The translations under genes were made by a program, and so were the position numbers. A DNA stretch of 64,000 nucleotides. Origin: Schmidtea polychroa (lineage: Eukaryota). Location of the stretch: contig CM097885.1 in NCBI GenBank assembly GCA_044892525.1, positions 40,798,001 to 40,862,000 of the forward strand. The letters are read 5' to 3'. The notes beneath the pieces are model-generated. The model was not told the DNA's origin. It saw nothing but the letters and a program-made list of their open reading frames with translations, and did not search any database. Shown here piece by piece: positions 40,112 through 52,091 of the stretch. How positions within the stretch are numbered: position 1 is the first letter of the stretch; every line of letters starts with the position of its first letter.

Positions 40112-41592
40112 CATTAAAATGGACATACACTGCTTTTACGTTACAAGCTAGAGGAAAGAGATAGTTTATTACAAACCGTCGTAAAGATTATTTCTAAGAA
40201 TCAAGATTAGATGAATTGGAGTTCACTGGCTCAACCTCCTTAGAACAAATCAAGGTCAATAAGGTCACGAAAATATATAGTGTGTATTTATAAAAATAGG
40301 TGGTTGCCACGCAAATTAGCTCCATAATATAACAATTTTCATATATTATCAAACTAAGACAAACTTATATTATAGAATTCAATTTGTATTCTTCAACACG
40401 TGGAAAGACAGAGAATAAAAACATAACAAATAAAAATGTAGGTCAACTTAAAATACTTAAAATTTTTGAAATGCAAAATAGTTATTCTTTTCATGCTTGA
40501 TGACTTTAACAATGCATTGAGAAACGGGAAATGACGATGATATTTTACGGTTTTTACTTGTTTAATCTTTTTTGTTGGTTTAGGTTTCGGATTTTCTGTA
40601 ACAGCTTATTCAAGGATATAATGAGAGCAAAGATCAAATCAAACCAATTTGGACGATTATAAAAGCCGAAGAAAAATTTGACAACGATCGTTGTGTAGTT
40701 TAATATTATTTCCCTACTGATAGCATTTTATTTTGTAAAATCTTTATGAATGTTTGGCGTTTTATTTAATAATTATAATAATAAAACTAAAAATAATAAT
40801 AATGTAATGTTAACTTGTTTTTATAAAAATAACTGAATCAAATTCAAATTTATTAATTATCACATGTATAATTTTCATCTTCGCATATTCTTTTCATTAT
40901 ATTTTCAACAACATGATCAATACAGTTAGAAAGGTCATTAAATTCATGGTGTTCTTTGTTTTTAGAAGTATTTGTGGATTTATAATTTGTAGAGTCCTCA
41001 ATACATGACATAATTTCTTTACTAGTGTTAATAATTGAAGTCTAAAGATATATTAAAATACAAATTGATTGCCTAAATCTGGTATTATTAAAACAACCGA
41101 TTTACATGACGAATTAATTAATTTAATAATAATGATAATATTACGTGCCAGCATTTATACTTATTATACTTTTACTATATAATAGTATTTGATACTTATA
41201 AATTATAAGTTATAATACAATATATATTTTCTTTATAAATTAGTTATTTAAATATCCGTAACAACTAGGTAAATCATTACATTCACGATCATCTTCGTGT
41301 TTAGAATCATTTTCAAATTCGTCAGTATATGACATATTTTCTTCACTAATTTCATCGTCTGAATACGGCTATTTTAATTTTTCTGAAACATTCATAAATT
41401 TTCTAATTTATCAAACAAAGTTGATTATATATGCTAATTAAATAAAAATTAATTAAAATAAAAACATTCACATTTTACCTTTTACCAACATATTTAACAT
41501 AATTTAAAAAGCAAAATAATTTTTTTTATACTTTAACTTGATGAAACATTATTTAAAAACCAATAACAACAACAAACATCAACTAAGATTTA

Positions 41593-41793
41593 TTAAAGTA
41601 TTTGATACACTTTTATACAAATATATAAAATTCATAATCCACTCATTAGTTTCAAAAAATTCTTTAGTTTTTCATATTTGGCATCCTTTTCTCTTGCTTC
41701 TGTATCAAGTTCAATCCTCATATTCAATCCACCATATGTATTGACACATGACACAATTTTTAATTCACTAATCTAAATAATGATAATAATAAC

Positions 41794-41854
<61 letters not shown>

Positions 41855-42831
41855 TTAATAATAATAATAATAATAATAATAAAATTATCATAATAATATA
41901 CAGCTGCAGACCAATGAAAATAATTTTCATGGTCCAAGCCTGCTTTCTCTAATATGTTTCATGCACAGAAAATTTATGATAATTCGTGACCATGTAATTT
42001 CATTATCAAATAATCCATAAAATATTCACTTGATTGATTTTTTTTGTTTAATTATCATTTACCTAAGAATGAGGTTATATTCAATCGTATTCCGACAATC
42101 CGCCAACACGACAATCCAGCAAGTACGACAATCCGCCAACACTAAAAAATTGGTCAACGCTGACATTTATAAAAAAGAATATTTGTAGGTCATCATATTA
42201 AAATTAATTCACATGTACTTGTACAACAAATTTGCCTAAATAATCAAATAAAAGCATTAAAATAAAATACCTTTATGATCAGTATCATTGCGACATGTTG
42301 AATGTGAGTAGTACTCTTGTGAGCAATACACATAGGGGGTCAAAACATCTTGTTGGATAAACTCAGAGTATATATAATAAAACGAATTTACTCATTTAAA
42401 TTTATCATTGAATCAGTCAAATTATCACAAATTTTGATAAAAAATCTTGTTTACCTCTCAGCCAGTTAAATTGTTTAAATATTTAATTAAAATTTTATAT
42501 TAAACAATTACTAGTTGATTCTTATCTTTCAGCGGAGAATTTATTATTAAAATTTTAAAAATATAATAAATTTAAAATGTATGTATGTTAAAACAAAAAT
42601 TTATCGACTTTTTGGCAGATTGTTGCTTTGGTGGATTGTCGCTTTGAACTATTTGGCCGATTGTTATTTGGCGAATTGTCGTTTGGCGGATTGTCGCCAG
42701 CCTATTAATGATTTGGCGGATTGTCGTTTGGCGGATTGTCGTACAACCATATTCAATACGATTATCTTCAAATATTTTTTTGGTGCAATTGATTAATCAC
42801 ATCGTCAATTTCTTTGTTTGAGACTAGACAT
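41593..42831 (-). pseudogene. Bcl-2-like gene of Polinton copy C (intron 41901-41773; interrupted by a MITE)
   Basis: LFDNEITWSRII (BH1), ENYFHWSAA|GT, AG|ISELKIVSCVNTYGGL (eroded BH2) and a hydrophobic tail. Confidence 0.7.
42086..42748. mobile_element. Mutator-like MITE
   Basis: 9-bp TSD ATATTCAAT (42077-42085, 42749-42757); inverted CGACAATCCGCCAA subterminal repeats. Confidence 0.85.
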
Positions 42832-44579
42832 TTTATTTTTTTTGTGTTATTTATAAAAAATTGTTGAAATGTGGATTTATTTTTATTGCCGTTAAGATGT
42901 ACTATTATTGAATGAATTTTTACTTTTGTACTAATTTTCAAAATAGCACGGTAAAATAGAAATTGTTTCTAAGCATTTTGAATTTTGAGATTTTTCGGTT
43001 GAGAGAATACAAAAAGTTGACCTACATTTTTATTCGTTAAGTTCTTATTGACTGTCTTCCATGTGTTTTAGAATAGGAATTTAATGCTATAATATAAGTT
43101 TATCTATTTTTGATAATATAGGAAAGTTATTATATCATGGTATGACCTATATTTTAATTTAGATACTTTGGATCTAATTTCCGTGGCAACCATGCAAGAT
43201 TTACAAATATATACCATATATTTTGGTGACCTAGAATAACTCTGAGTTGACATAGATATTTTCTAGAGGTGGGTTGAGCCAGTGAGCTACGTTCCATCTA
43301 GTATCAAGGCAGACTCTAATAAGCGCACACAGCCCGAACTAGATGATAAGAAAAGATGAAGGTGATCCTAAAGATTTAGCGCGATAGTAAGAACCGAGAA
43401 TTCGGTCCTACTGATTTTCCTTTTAAATTTTAAGCGAGTAACAACAGTAAAAAATCACTGTTACTCTAGGTTTATAAACAATTAATAGGGCGTACCGCTG
43501 AAATAATTTTCTATTATACTATCTTCAGATTGACTTCAAAGAATGGCTAAATTTGATTTCGGCTAATTCCATGATGAGTTGAACTAAATTCCACATTTAA
43601 ATTCTGATTGATTTCACAAATGGATAAATAAATTTCCAAAAGATTCCACAATTAGTTAAACTAAGTTTCGATTGATTTCTCTGATAATTAAGTTAAATTC
43701 CGAACAATTCTACAATTTTTTAGTAAATTTTCCAAATACCTCTAGTTTCCCTCAAGCTAATTTATCACAATTTTTCTCTCTGATCAAAATTTTCTACCCT
43801 TTCTTAATGGTAGTCTGTGGTATTTATCCATATTTTAATAAATTACTATAAATATCTATAATTACTAAATATATATTTTTCTATAAATAGTAATATTAAA
43901 TTTATAAACTACTAATTTTAATTTAAATGATGGTCCGTGACCCACACAAAAATTTGAACTTCATTTTTTACAAAAATAAATATCTGACTCCAATTATTAT
44001 TAAACGAGCGTGTAGCTAATATATTTATTAAAATTTATTTATTATGAATTATTTATTAAAAAATTTATTAAATCACAATAAAATTTAGTATAAATCTAAA
44101 AATGTAAAACCCATATATATGCTAACTTGATGGAGAAAACTATCGGCTATATCAAACATTCTGAAGATATTTTAAAGTAACAAAGCTAGCTTTATTACGT
44201 GCCAACAGCTCAGTATAGGTATCAAGAAAAGGAGTGTTTACACTTAATTTAGTTGCAATAGTAGTAACCCAGATTCTTCTTGTAGACAAAATTCCTAGCC
44301 TTACTGAATTAAAAAAATTAATTAAAAAACCAAGCATTTAATCGATAACGTTTATGAACTGTTTTGCGAGCGAGTGTCAATAGATTATACACCAAAGCGC
44401 AACATGATTATCATTAATGAGACATTCATTTAGAAATGTCAATTGAGCTTTGTTTTGCTTTTAGTTATTAATTAAGTTTTTATGTTAAAATAATGCAAAA
44501 AGAAGTAAGATATTTATTTATTTATTTAAATATACATGAAATTTTCACCTAAAATATTCAGCTTCTTCAAGCATTTAGG

Positions 44580-45140
44580 GAAGAATCTTTAATATGATTA
44601 TTCAAATGATTATATGATTTCAAATTTTCAAATTACTATAATCTGGTTTTCGAAGTTCTTTGTTAACTGCTTGAGATATTGCAGTAAATCTGTCTGCTAA
44701 ATCCATCAGCCGAAGAAACTTTAGTCCTTAACCCATTTTTAATTTTGCTGAACACACTTTCAATGGGGTTCAAAAATGGACTATATGAAGCAACTTTTCA
44801 ATTTGATTATTCAATGACGATATATTATTGTGGATGGATGCATTATCGTGCATCAAAATGAATCCAAAGCCATAGTTTCACAGTCAATTTGTTATAAATG
44901 ACTGATATAATTCCTTTTAAAAAAGAGCCAATAATAATTTGTGAATTGATTGGCTCATCTTTGGATATTGCCAAAACTAGAGAAATATTGGGACCCTGAT
45001 TTGTTGGAATATAGCTATAAATTCGATTGCCTACTCGTGATTTACCGAATCTCTTATTCGTTCATGTATTGAAAGAGCATTCATCTATGAATTTCTGGAA
45101 ATGGAATAGTCGATTCTGATGAAGCGTTTGACATATCCTC
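44580..45140 (-). mobile_element. IS630/Tc1-type DDE transposase relic
   Basis: GFILMHDNASIH and YSPFLNPIESVFSKIK on the minus strand. Confidence 0.7.
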
Positions 45141-45419
45141 ATACTTTTTTTTATAATTAATTGTTTATTAATATGTTTACATAACAATGATATCCAGGGT
45201 ATTCTTGGACAGGAGTAAGATTCAGTTTATTAACATGTTTACATAACTATGATAAAAGATAATAGCATAAACCGTTTCTAAGTAATGTAAAACGATAAGT
45301 ACAAAAGAATAAATACTTCATAAAAAATAAAAAAAAATAAAAACATAAAAAAAATTTTTTAAAAAAGTAAATTTCGTATGGAGGGGACCCTTAGACTTTT
45401 TATACATAGAGAGATTACT

Positions 45420-45804
45420 TAGATTTATCATATTATTTACAAATGAATATCAGGCAATAATACTGAAAAGATTGTATTTCTAAATCCGACAAATACATGT
45501 TATCCTGAAAGATCGAGATGCTGCGATTATTCCAGATTTAATATAAAATGAAACCAGAATCTGGATATTCGATATCATCAATACATTTCTATGGGATGTG
45601 AAGATCAATGGAAGAACAATGAAGGAAATGAAACAAGAAGATCCCTGCGTTTTTGGATGCAGCTGTTGCAATTTCCGCTACCAAAGATGTGTTGAATGGT
45701 ATTTGGTAAAGACTCTTCGAAATTATAATTCTAGTCAAATTGTGTCAAAATAAATCTTTATGTTTAATTATTTTTGTTTGGTTTATGTAGTAAATAATAA
45801 TAGA

Positions 45805-45886
<82 letters not shown>

Positions 45887-48336
45887 GAAATAGTTTAAGA
45901 ATAGTAATAATAATAAAAATATTAATAATATGACACATTAATAATAGAACATGTGACAATGCAACATCAATGCATTTTGAATGCAATTTAAACAAAGACA
46001 TGCTATATTCTGATTGGTTGATAAGCACGAGTCAAAGGTATAAAAACACTATACCATTTCATTTTAATCATTATTCACGATGGCCAAGAAAATTTCAAAC
46101 ACCGAAAAACCTAAAGAAGAACTTGTACAACCGGTTCAAATGTTCCACAACTAGAAAATGTATTTTTTAAAAGAAGAAATCAATATGAAATTGGTTGCAC
46201 CGATCAAGCTAATTCCAACTCAATTTCAATTCTAATCCGGCACGCTTTCAATGATAGATGTTAAAGCTATTGATGATATTTTCGAACGGTTCAAATCTTG
46301 CATGGTTCAACAACATGCATGGTTCAACAACAAATATGCAAGATTTTATGATGCCTTTGATGAAATGAGTTTCAAAGAAAACGAAAATTGGAATATAACA
46401 ATTGCAATCCAGGGATAAAAAGTTGATAATAATGATGTGTATTCTCCAATTTGGAAAATTATTTCTGCTAGACTTTCACAGCTATTTTAATAAATGTTGA
46501 TATATTTGATGTATTTAATAAATGTATTAGTCATATTTGTTTTTCTCTTTATTAACAAAAATTGCAACACTAATTGAAAAGACATGCAAATTTAACAAAG
46601 ACAATCTATAAACAAACTTACAATAGATTTTTAAAGTGATAAAAAATGAATGCAGATTATCATGATTAATTAATTACCGAATTATTTTTTATTTAGAATT
46701 TGTAATCAACTTTTTGTTGGAAAAATTAGCAGGTAAAAATGGAGGACATATTATCTGTTACAAATGCATTAGGCTGGGTAGTTGAGAGTCAAGATACAGG
46801 ATTTGATGATCAGGAAGTTGAAGAAACCGACGATACTCAAGAAACTGATTACACCCAAGAAATTGATGAGGAAATCTTTGAACCTATAGATGAACCTAAA
46901 GATATGGAAAATATTACGAATGATAACGATTGTAACGATTGTGTAGATCATGTCGTCAAAAATGTCATGAAATGTGTAGATGACGATTGCGAATGTGTTA
47001 ATTAATAGATTCTAAAATTTATTTATTTCTTTTAAAGATAAAACAACATAGCTACATTAATTTTTATTTAAAAATCGACAAATAATATACAAGATAGCAA
47101 CACCTGTTGCAAGTTTAATATAGTTTTTAAACTTTCTTTTATACTGGTCGATTTCTTTGGCATTTGGGGCGAGTTGATTTAATGTACCCCATCCGCTATT
47201 GGTTTTTCCCATGGAGTAAACTTAGACTTGATTATATAAAAAATGAATATTATTAAAATATATAGATTATAAAAAATTACTTCCTGAGACCACTGATAGT
47301 AATGTGCTGAGTCCCAAACACTTTTTCTATGATAATTTTCATATCAGTGAACCCAACAATTATTCGGGTCCACTTCATTTCTTCATCGCATAGGCAATTG
47401 AAGATTATGTTAAAATAAAACTTTTTTGTTTCAAGACATTACATATTCAGCATGTTCTGGTAATCAATATGGTTGCCTTTAATAATTTTTCGGTCCGATC
47501 GATTAGGAAACTGAGGCTTTCCACAATGTTCCTGTTGACTACCTCATTTAACAGTGTAAATGAAATTTATTTGCGATATTTCTACAGTAATTTAAAATAT
47601 AATTTTTTATTTATACTACAGAATTGTGTGCCATATGAATCTGATTGGTTGATAGACTATAAATGTAAAATATATATGAGTTTTGATTTCATACAATATA
47701 AATACAATATTAATATTAGTAATTAGTATAATGAGTGTGTGCTCACACCATACAACAATAACGGTAGAGTCTTCAAATAAATCAATATTTGTTTGTCCAA
47801 ATACCGCCAAATTGATGGACATTTTATATATTCTTGAAAAACCATAATGGGCAAAGCATCCAGGAAAAAGAATATCCGAAAGATTGGAGAATTTAGAAAA
47901 CACATATATCCTACATTTGAATATATACAAAATATAAAATTAAAATTAATAGATTATATTGATGTTTTCAATAAATCAATTGTTGAAAATAAAAAGAATA
48001 TGAAAATTATTCATAAGAAACATGATCATTTGTTAAGAAAAATTGAATTATTAAATTTGAAAGCGAAATTCAAAAATTCAAATGATCGATAGAACATCTG
48101 AAAACCAATTCAAAGTTACCAATTTCAAACAATATGGCTGCAAATATGAGTAAATCAATATTTAGATTACCGATGTAATTTTAAATTATTTTATTGTTTA
48201 AAAGAATGTAACAATATGTTTTATTGATTTGTTTCATAATACCCTTAGGAGTTGTTGAAAGTGAGCAGTACCCTTGTGAGCAATACCCATATGGAAGACA
48301 GGATAATTTGTCGGATATACTCGGAGTATATATATT

Positions 48337-48340
<4 letters not shown>
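45420..48340 (-). mobile_element. Truncated, diverged Polinton arm (copy B), inverted relative to copy A
   Basis: Degenerate homologs in mirrored order: Cys-rich ORF 45440-45751, 139-aa ORF 46080-46489, acidic ORF ~46650-47005, Bcl-2 ~47060-47560 (-), TIR segment 48190-48340. Confidence 0.85.
47060..47560 (-). pseudogene. Bcl-2-like gene of Polinton copy B
   Basis: CDEEMKWTRIIVGFT, YYQWSQE|GTAATT donor, IIKSKFTPW..GWG; frameshifts and stops; acceptor mutated. Confidence 0.8.
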
Positions 48341-48406
<66 letters not shown>

Positions 48407-48414
48407 TCTTTAGA

Positions 48415-48475
<61 letters not shown>

Positions 48476-49348
48476 TATATATATATATATATATAGTTCA
48501 TTCGAAAGGGTCTTATATTGGGCTTTTAAATGAACCATCGTTCAATTAATTCCGTTGGCGGGAACTCTAAGAATAAAAATTTTAAAAATATGACCTTGAA
48601 ATATTTTCATATGATCTTGAAAAAAAATATGACCCAAAAAAAATAATATTTTGAAAATTAATAATAAAAAAGTAAGATGACCTTGAAAATGGTCTTAGGG
48701 AAATGTTATTATCGTTACAATTATTAATAAAAAAGCCCATAGTTCATTCGAAAAGTCTTGCACAAACCTTTAAAATGAGCCATCGATCAATGATATGATA
48801 GGAACAATAAGTTTTGAAAGCCAAATGGTAGGTCACCGCTAGACTACTTATTAATATTTTTGAATAATAATAATAAAAATAATAATGTAATAGGACCTTA
48901 AAAAATATTTTTAAAAATAATATGACCTTGAAAATGACCTTGGATGAATCATACTACTTTGAATGAGTAATCAGGTAAGGCATACGACCTTGAGAATGAC
49001 CTTGTATGAGTCATATACTTTGTATAAATGACTTTAAAAATACACCTTGATGAATCATCGTATGATTCTTGGTCTTTGTTTCAATTTTGTTAAAAATTTG
49101 ACCTTGAAAATTTTTTTCAAATTTTTGAAAATGTAAAGGAAGATGGTGAATGATGTTTTTATAACTGTAATCTCAAAAATAGACAGTGTCATTTTAATAA
49201 TTCCGACTTAAAATATAATAGTTGTAATGATAAGCAAAATAATGATCTTACATCAATGATGATAATAGTGAAATAATGATTGGAAAATGATAAAAATAGC
49301 GAGATAATAATATAAAAATAATAATAATAGCAACACAATAATAAACAA

Positions 49349-49391
<43 letters not shown>

Positions 49392-49505
49392 TTAATAATA
49401 ATATTTAATTCCTAAATATCGATTGTTCAGAAATTGACCTAACCTATTCATAAGATGATTATGTTATTAATAGTAATAACTGTAATCATAGAAATAGACC
49501 GTAAG

Positions 49506-50056
49506 TAGGGTATTGTGTGGACCCGGGAACAAAGACATATGACGTCATCGATGACGTCACAAAGACATATGACGTCATACCCCCGGGTTTTTTTTTTAAA
49601 TTTTTTTTTAAAATTTTTTAAAAAAAATTTATATTACGTTGCGGTATTTTAAAATTTATATTACGTTGCGGTATTTTGTAATTTATATTACGTTGCGGTA
49701 TTTTAAATTTTATTATATTTTAATTTTTAAATATATTACGTTGCGGTATTTTAAAAAACTTATTTTGACGGTTAAGTTGACAAAATTATTATTACACACA
49801 ATATAGTCTATCAGACAAGATATTCTGTCACACACAATGTATAAAAAATATTATTAGTGTCCACACACGCAACAAGTTAGTGTTCTCATCGATAGCTATT
49901 GATATATTAGTATTAATAATCTATATACTCCGAGTCTATCCGACAAAATATTCTGTCCCCTTATGGGTACTGCTCACAAGGGTACTGGTCACGCTCAACA
50001 ACTCGCAAGGGTACAATGATATTATTAAACAATGTAATAAAACACATATTTTCTAA

Positions 50057-50140
<84 letters not shown>

Positions 50141-50143
50141 ATT
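49506..50143. repeat. Polinton left TIR
   Basis: Near-identical inverted match to 62088-62702; 3x TGACGTCA; 4x ATATTACGTTGCGGTATTTT. Confidence 0.93.
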
Positions 50144-50351
50144 TCTATCACAAATCATGGTTAACAAAAAACATAGTCGAATATTATAAAATTAAGGTAT
50201 TGTGTTAGCACACACTCGTTATAATAATTAGCAATATAGTTTTTATGGTGTATCAAATCAAAACATTTCTTTTACATTTATAGTCTATCAACCAATCAAA
50301 ATCATATGGTATTAATATAAATAAAACATTATATTTTAAATTATTTTAGAA

Positions 50352-50880
50352 ATGTCGCAACCAAATTTTATGGAAAATGTTCTAAACGGAATTGTCACCG
50401 CGAATATAGTCGACAGCCTCAATTTCCTGATCAATCGAACTGAACAAATTATTGAAGGTGAACATATCGATTATCAACAGATGATGGAGACGGAATCCCT
50501 GGAAACCAAGAAGTATTACTTCAATAGAATATTTCAGTGTCTTTTCGATGAAGACATGAAATGGACAAGGATAATTGTAGGATTCACCTACATGAAGATA
50601 ATCATTGCAAAAGGTCAACATGACTCAGAACATTATTATCAGTGGTCTTTAGAATTAAGATTTCTTTTATAATTTATATTTTAATAATATTCATTTCTAG
50701 ATAATCAAGTCCAAGTTTACCCCATGGATAGAAGCCAATGGCGGATGGGGTGTATTAAATAAACTGGCCTGCAATTTTAAAGAAACTGATGAAATCAAAA
50801 GAAAAATGAAAAACTATATAAAACTTACAACTGGAGTTGTTATAATGTATATTTTCTGTAGATATATGAATAAAAATTAA
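50352..50880 (+). CDS. Bcl-2-family protein, ~160 aa; join(50352-50654,50701-50880); donor reads TT instead of GT
   Basis: BH1-like LFDEDMKWTRIIVGF, BH2 FTPWIEANGGW, and a C-terminal hydrophobic anchor LTTGVVIMYIFC followed by a short basic tail. Confidence 0.85.
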
Positions 50881-50924
50881 TGTTATTGTTTTTAATAGTA
50901 TATTTAAATGAAAATAATTCAATT

Positions 50925-51279
50925 TTAAAATTTATTTACACATTCGCAATCGTCATCTCCACATTTCATTATATTTTCAACGACATGATCAATACAATCA
51001 TTCGTAATATTATCTTTAGGTTCATCTATAGGTTCATAGATTTCGTCATCAATTTCTTGAGTTTCTTCCTGATCGTCAAATCCTGAATCTTGACTCTCAA
51101 CTACCCAGCCGATATTTAATGCATTTGTAACAGATAATATATCCTCAATTTTTACACCAGATATTTCTGCTAATTTTTCCAACAAAAAGTTGATTAATAA
51201 TTCTAAATAATAAATAATTCGGTATTTAATTATTAATTATTAATAATAATTAATCATGTTAACCTTTTTCTGCAGTCAT
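50925..51279 (-). CDS. Small acidic orphan protein; join(51279-51264,51202-50925)
   Basis: An in-phase 61-bp GT-AG intron gives MTAEKELLINFLLEKL..CGDDDCECVNKF; homologs in copies B and C. Confidence 0.7.
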
Positions 51280-51412
51280 TTTCATCACTTTAAAACTATA
51301 TTATAAGTTTGTTTATAGATTTTCTTTGTTAAATTTGCATGTCATTTGCATTAATGTTGCAATTAATAAAGAGAAAAAACAAATATGACTAATACATTTA
51401 TTAAATATAACA

Positions 51413-51832
51413 TTAAAATAGTTGTGAAAGTCTAGCAGACATAATTTTCCAAATTGGAGAATACACATCATTATTATCAACTTTATATCCTTGGATTGCA
51501 ATTGTTATATACCAATTTTCGTTTTCTTTGAAACCGATTTCATCAAAGGAATCATAAAATCTTGCATATCTGTTGTTGAACCATGCATGTTGATTACAAG
51601 ATAGATTTGTATTCAACCGTTTGAAAACCTCATCAATAGATTTAATATCTATCATTGAAAGCGTGCTGGATAAGAATTGAAATTTAGTTGGAATTAGCTT
51701 GATCGGTGACGCCAATTTCATATTGATTTCTTCTTTTAAAAAATACATTTTATAGTTGTGGAACATTTGAACAGGTTGTACAAGTTCTGGAACAACTTTT
51801 GGCTTTTCGGTGCTTGAAATTTTCTTTGTCAT
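51413..51832 (-). CDS. 139-aa orphan protein (possibly OB-fold/ssDNA-binding)
   Basis: Intact ORF with CCAAT and TATAAAA upstream; conserved in copy B; the fold assignment is a guess from the beta-strand pattern. Confidence 0.7.
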   Translation of the reverse strand: MTKKISSTEKPKVVPELVQPVQMFHNYKMYFLKEEINMKLASPIKLIPTKFQFLSSTLSMIDIKSIDEVFKRLNTNLSCNQHAWFNNRYARFYDSFDEIGFKENENWYITIAIQGYKVDNNDVYSPIWKIMSARLSQLF

Positions 51833-52091
51833 CGTGAATTATGATTAAAATGAAATGGTACAGGGTTTTTATACCTATGACTATTGTTTATCAACCAATC
51901 AGATTGCTGTATGTCTTTGTTTAAATTGCATGTCATTTGCATTAATGTTGCATTAACGTTTTTTATTATAAATATTGTTTTTTGTTATTATTTCTAATAT
52001 TACTTATATTATTACTATTTCTATTACTATTATTATTATTTCTATTTCTATTATTTCGATTTACAAAAACAAAACAATTCAACATAAAAAT

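Larger units (their letters stand above)
40206..43302 (-). mobile_element. Deleted Polinton/Maverick relic (copy C)
   Basis: Diverged TIRs (~40206-40450 / ~43013-43302), ends ATTAGATG../..CATCTAGT, 6-bp TSD ATCAAG (40200-40205, 43303-43308). Contains homologs of the Bcl-2, acidic-ORF and core-protein genes of the 49.5-62.7 kb element. Confidence 0.8.

Noticed and set aside
42581..42796. 71-aa ORF with LADCR repeats
   Set aside because: Translation of the 15-bp subterminal repeats of a Mutator-like MITE.
43302..43948. Possible solo LTR ending GTGACCCACACA
   Set aside because: No TSD, partner LTR or PBS found.
45420..48340. Copy B as an assembly duplication or extended TIR of copy A
   Set aside because: Many substitutions, indels and different gene content show it is an independent, older element.
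49630..49755. Four 20-bp direct repeats resembling a CRISPR array
   Set aside because: Spacers are short, AT-only and irregular; no cas genes; eukaryotic TIR context.
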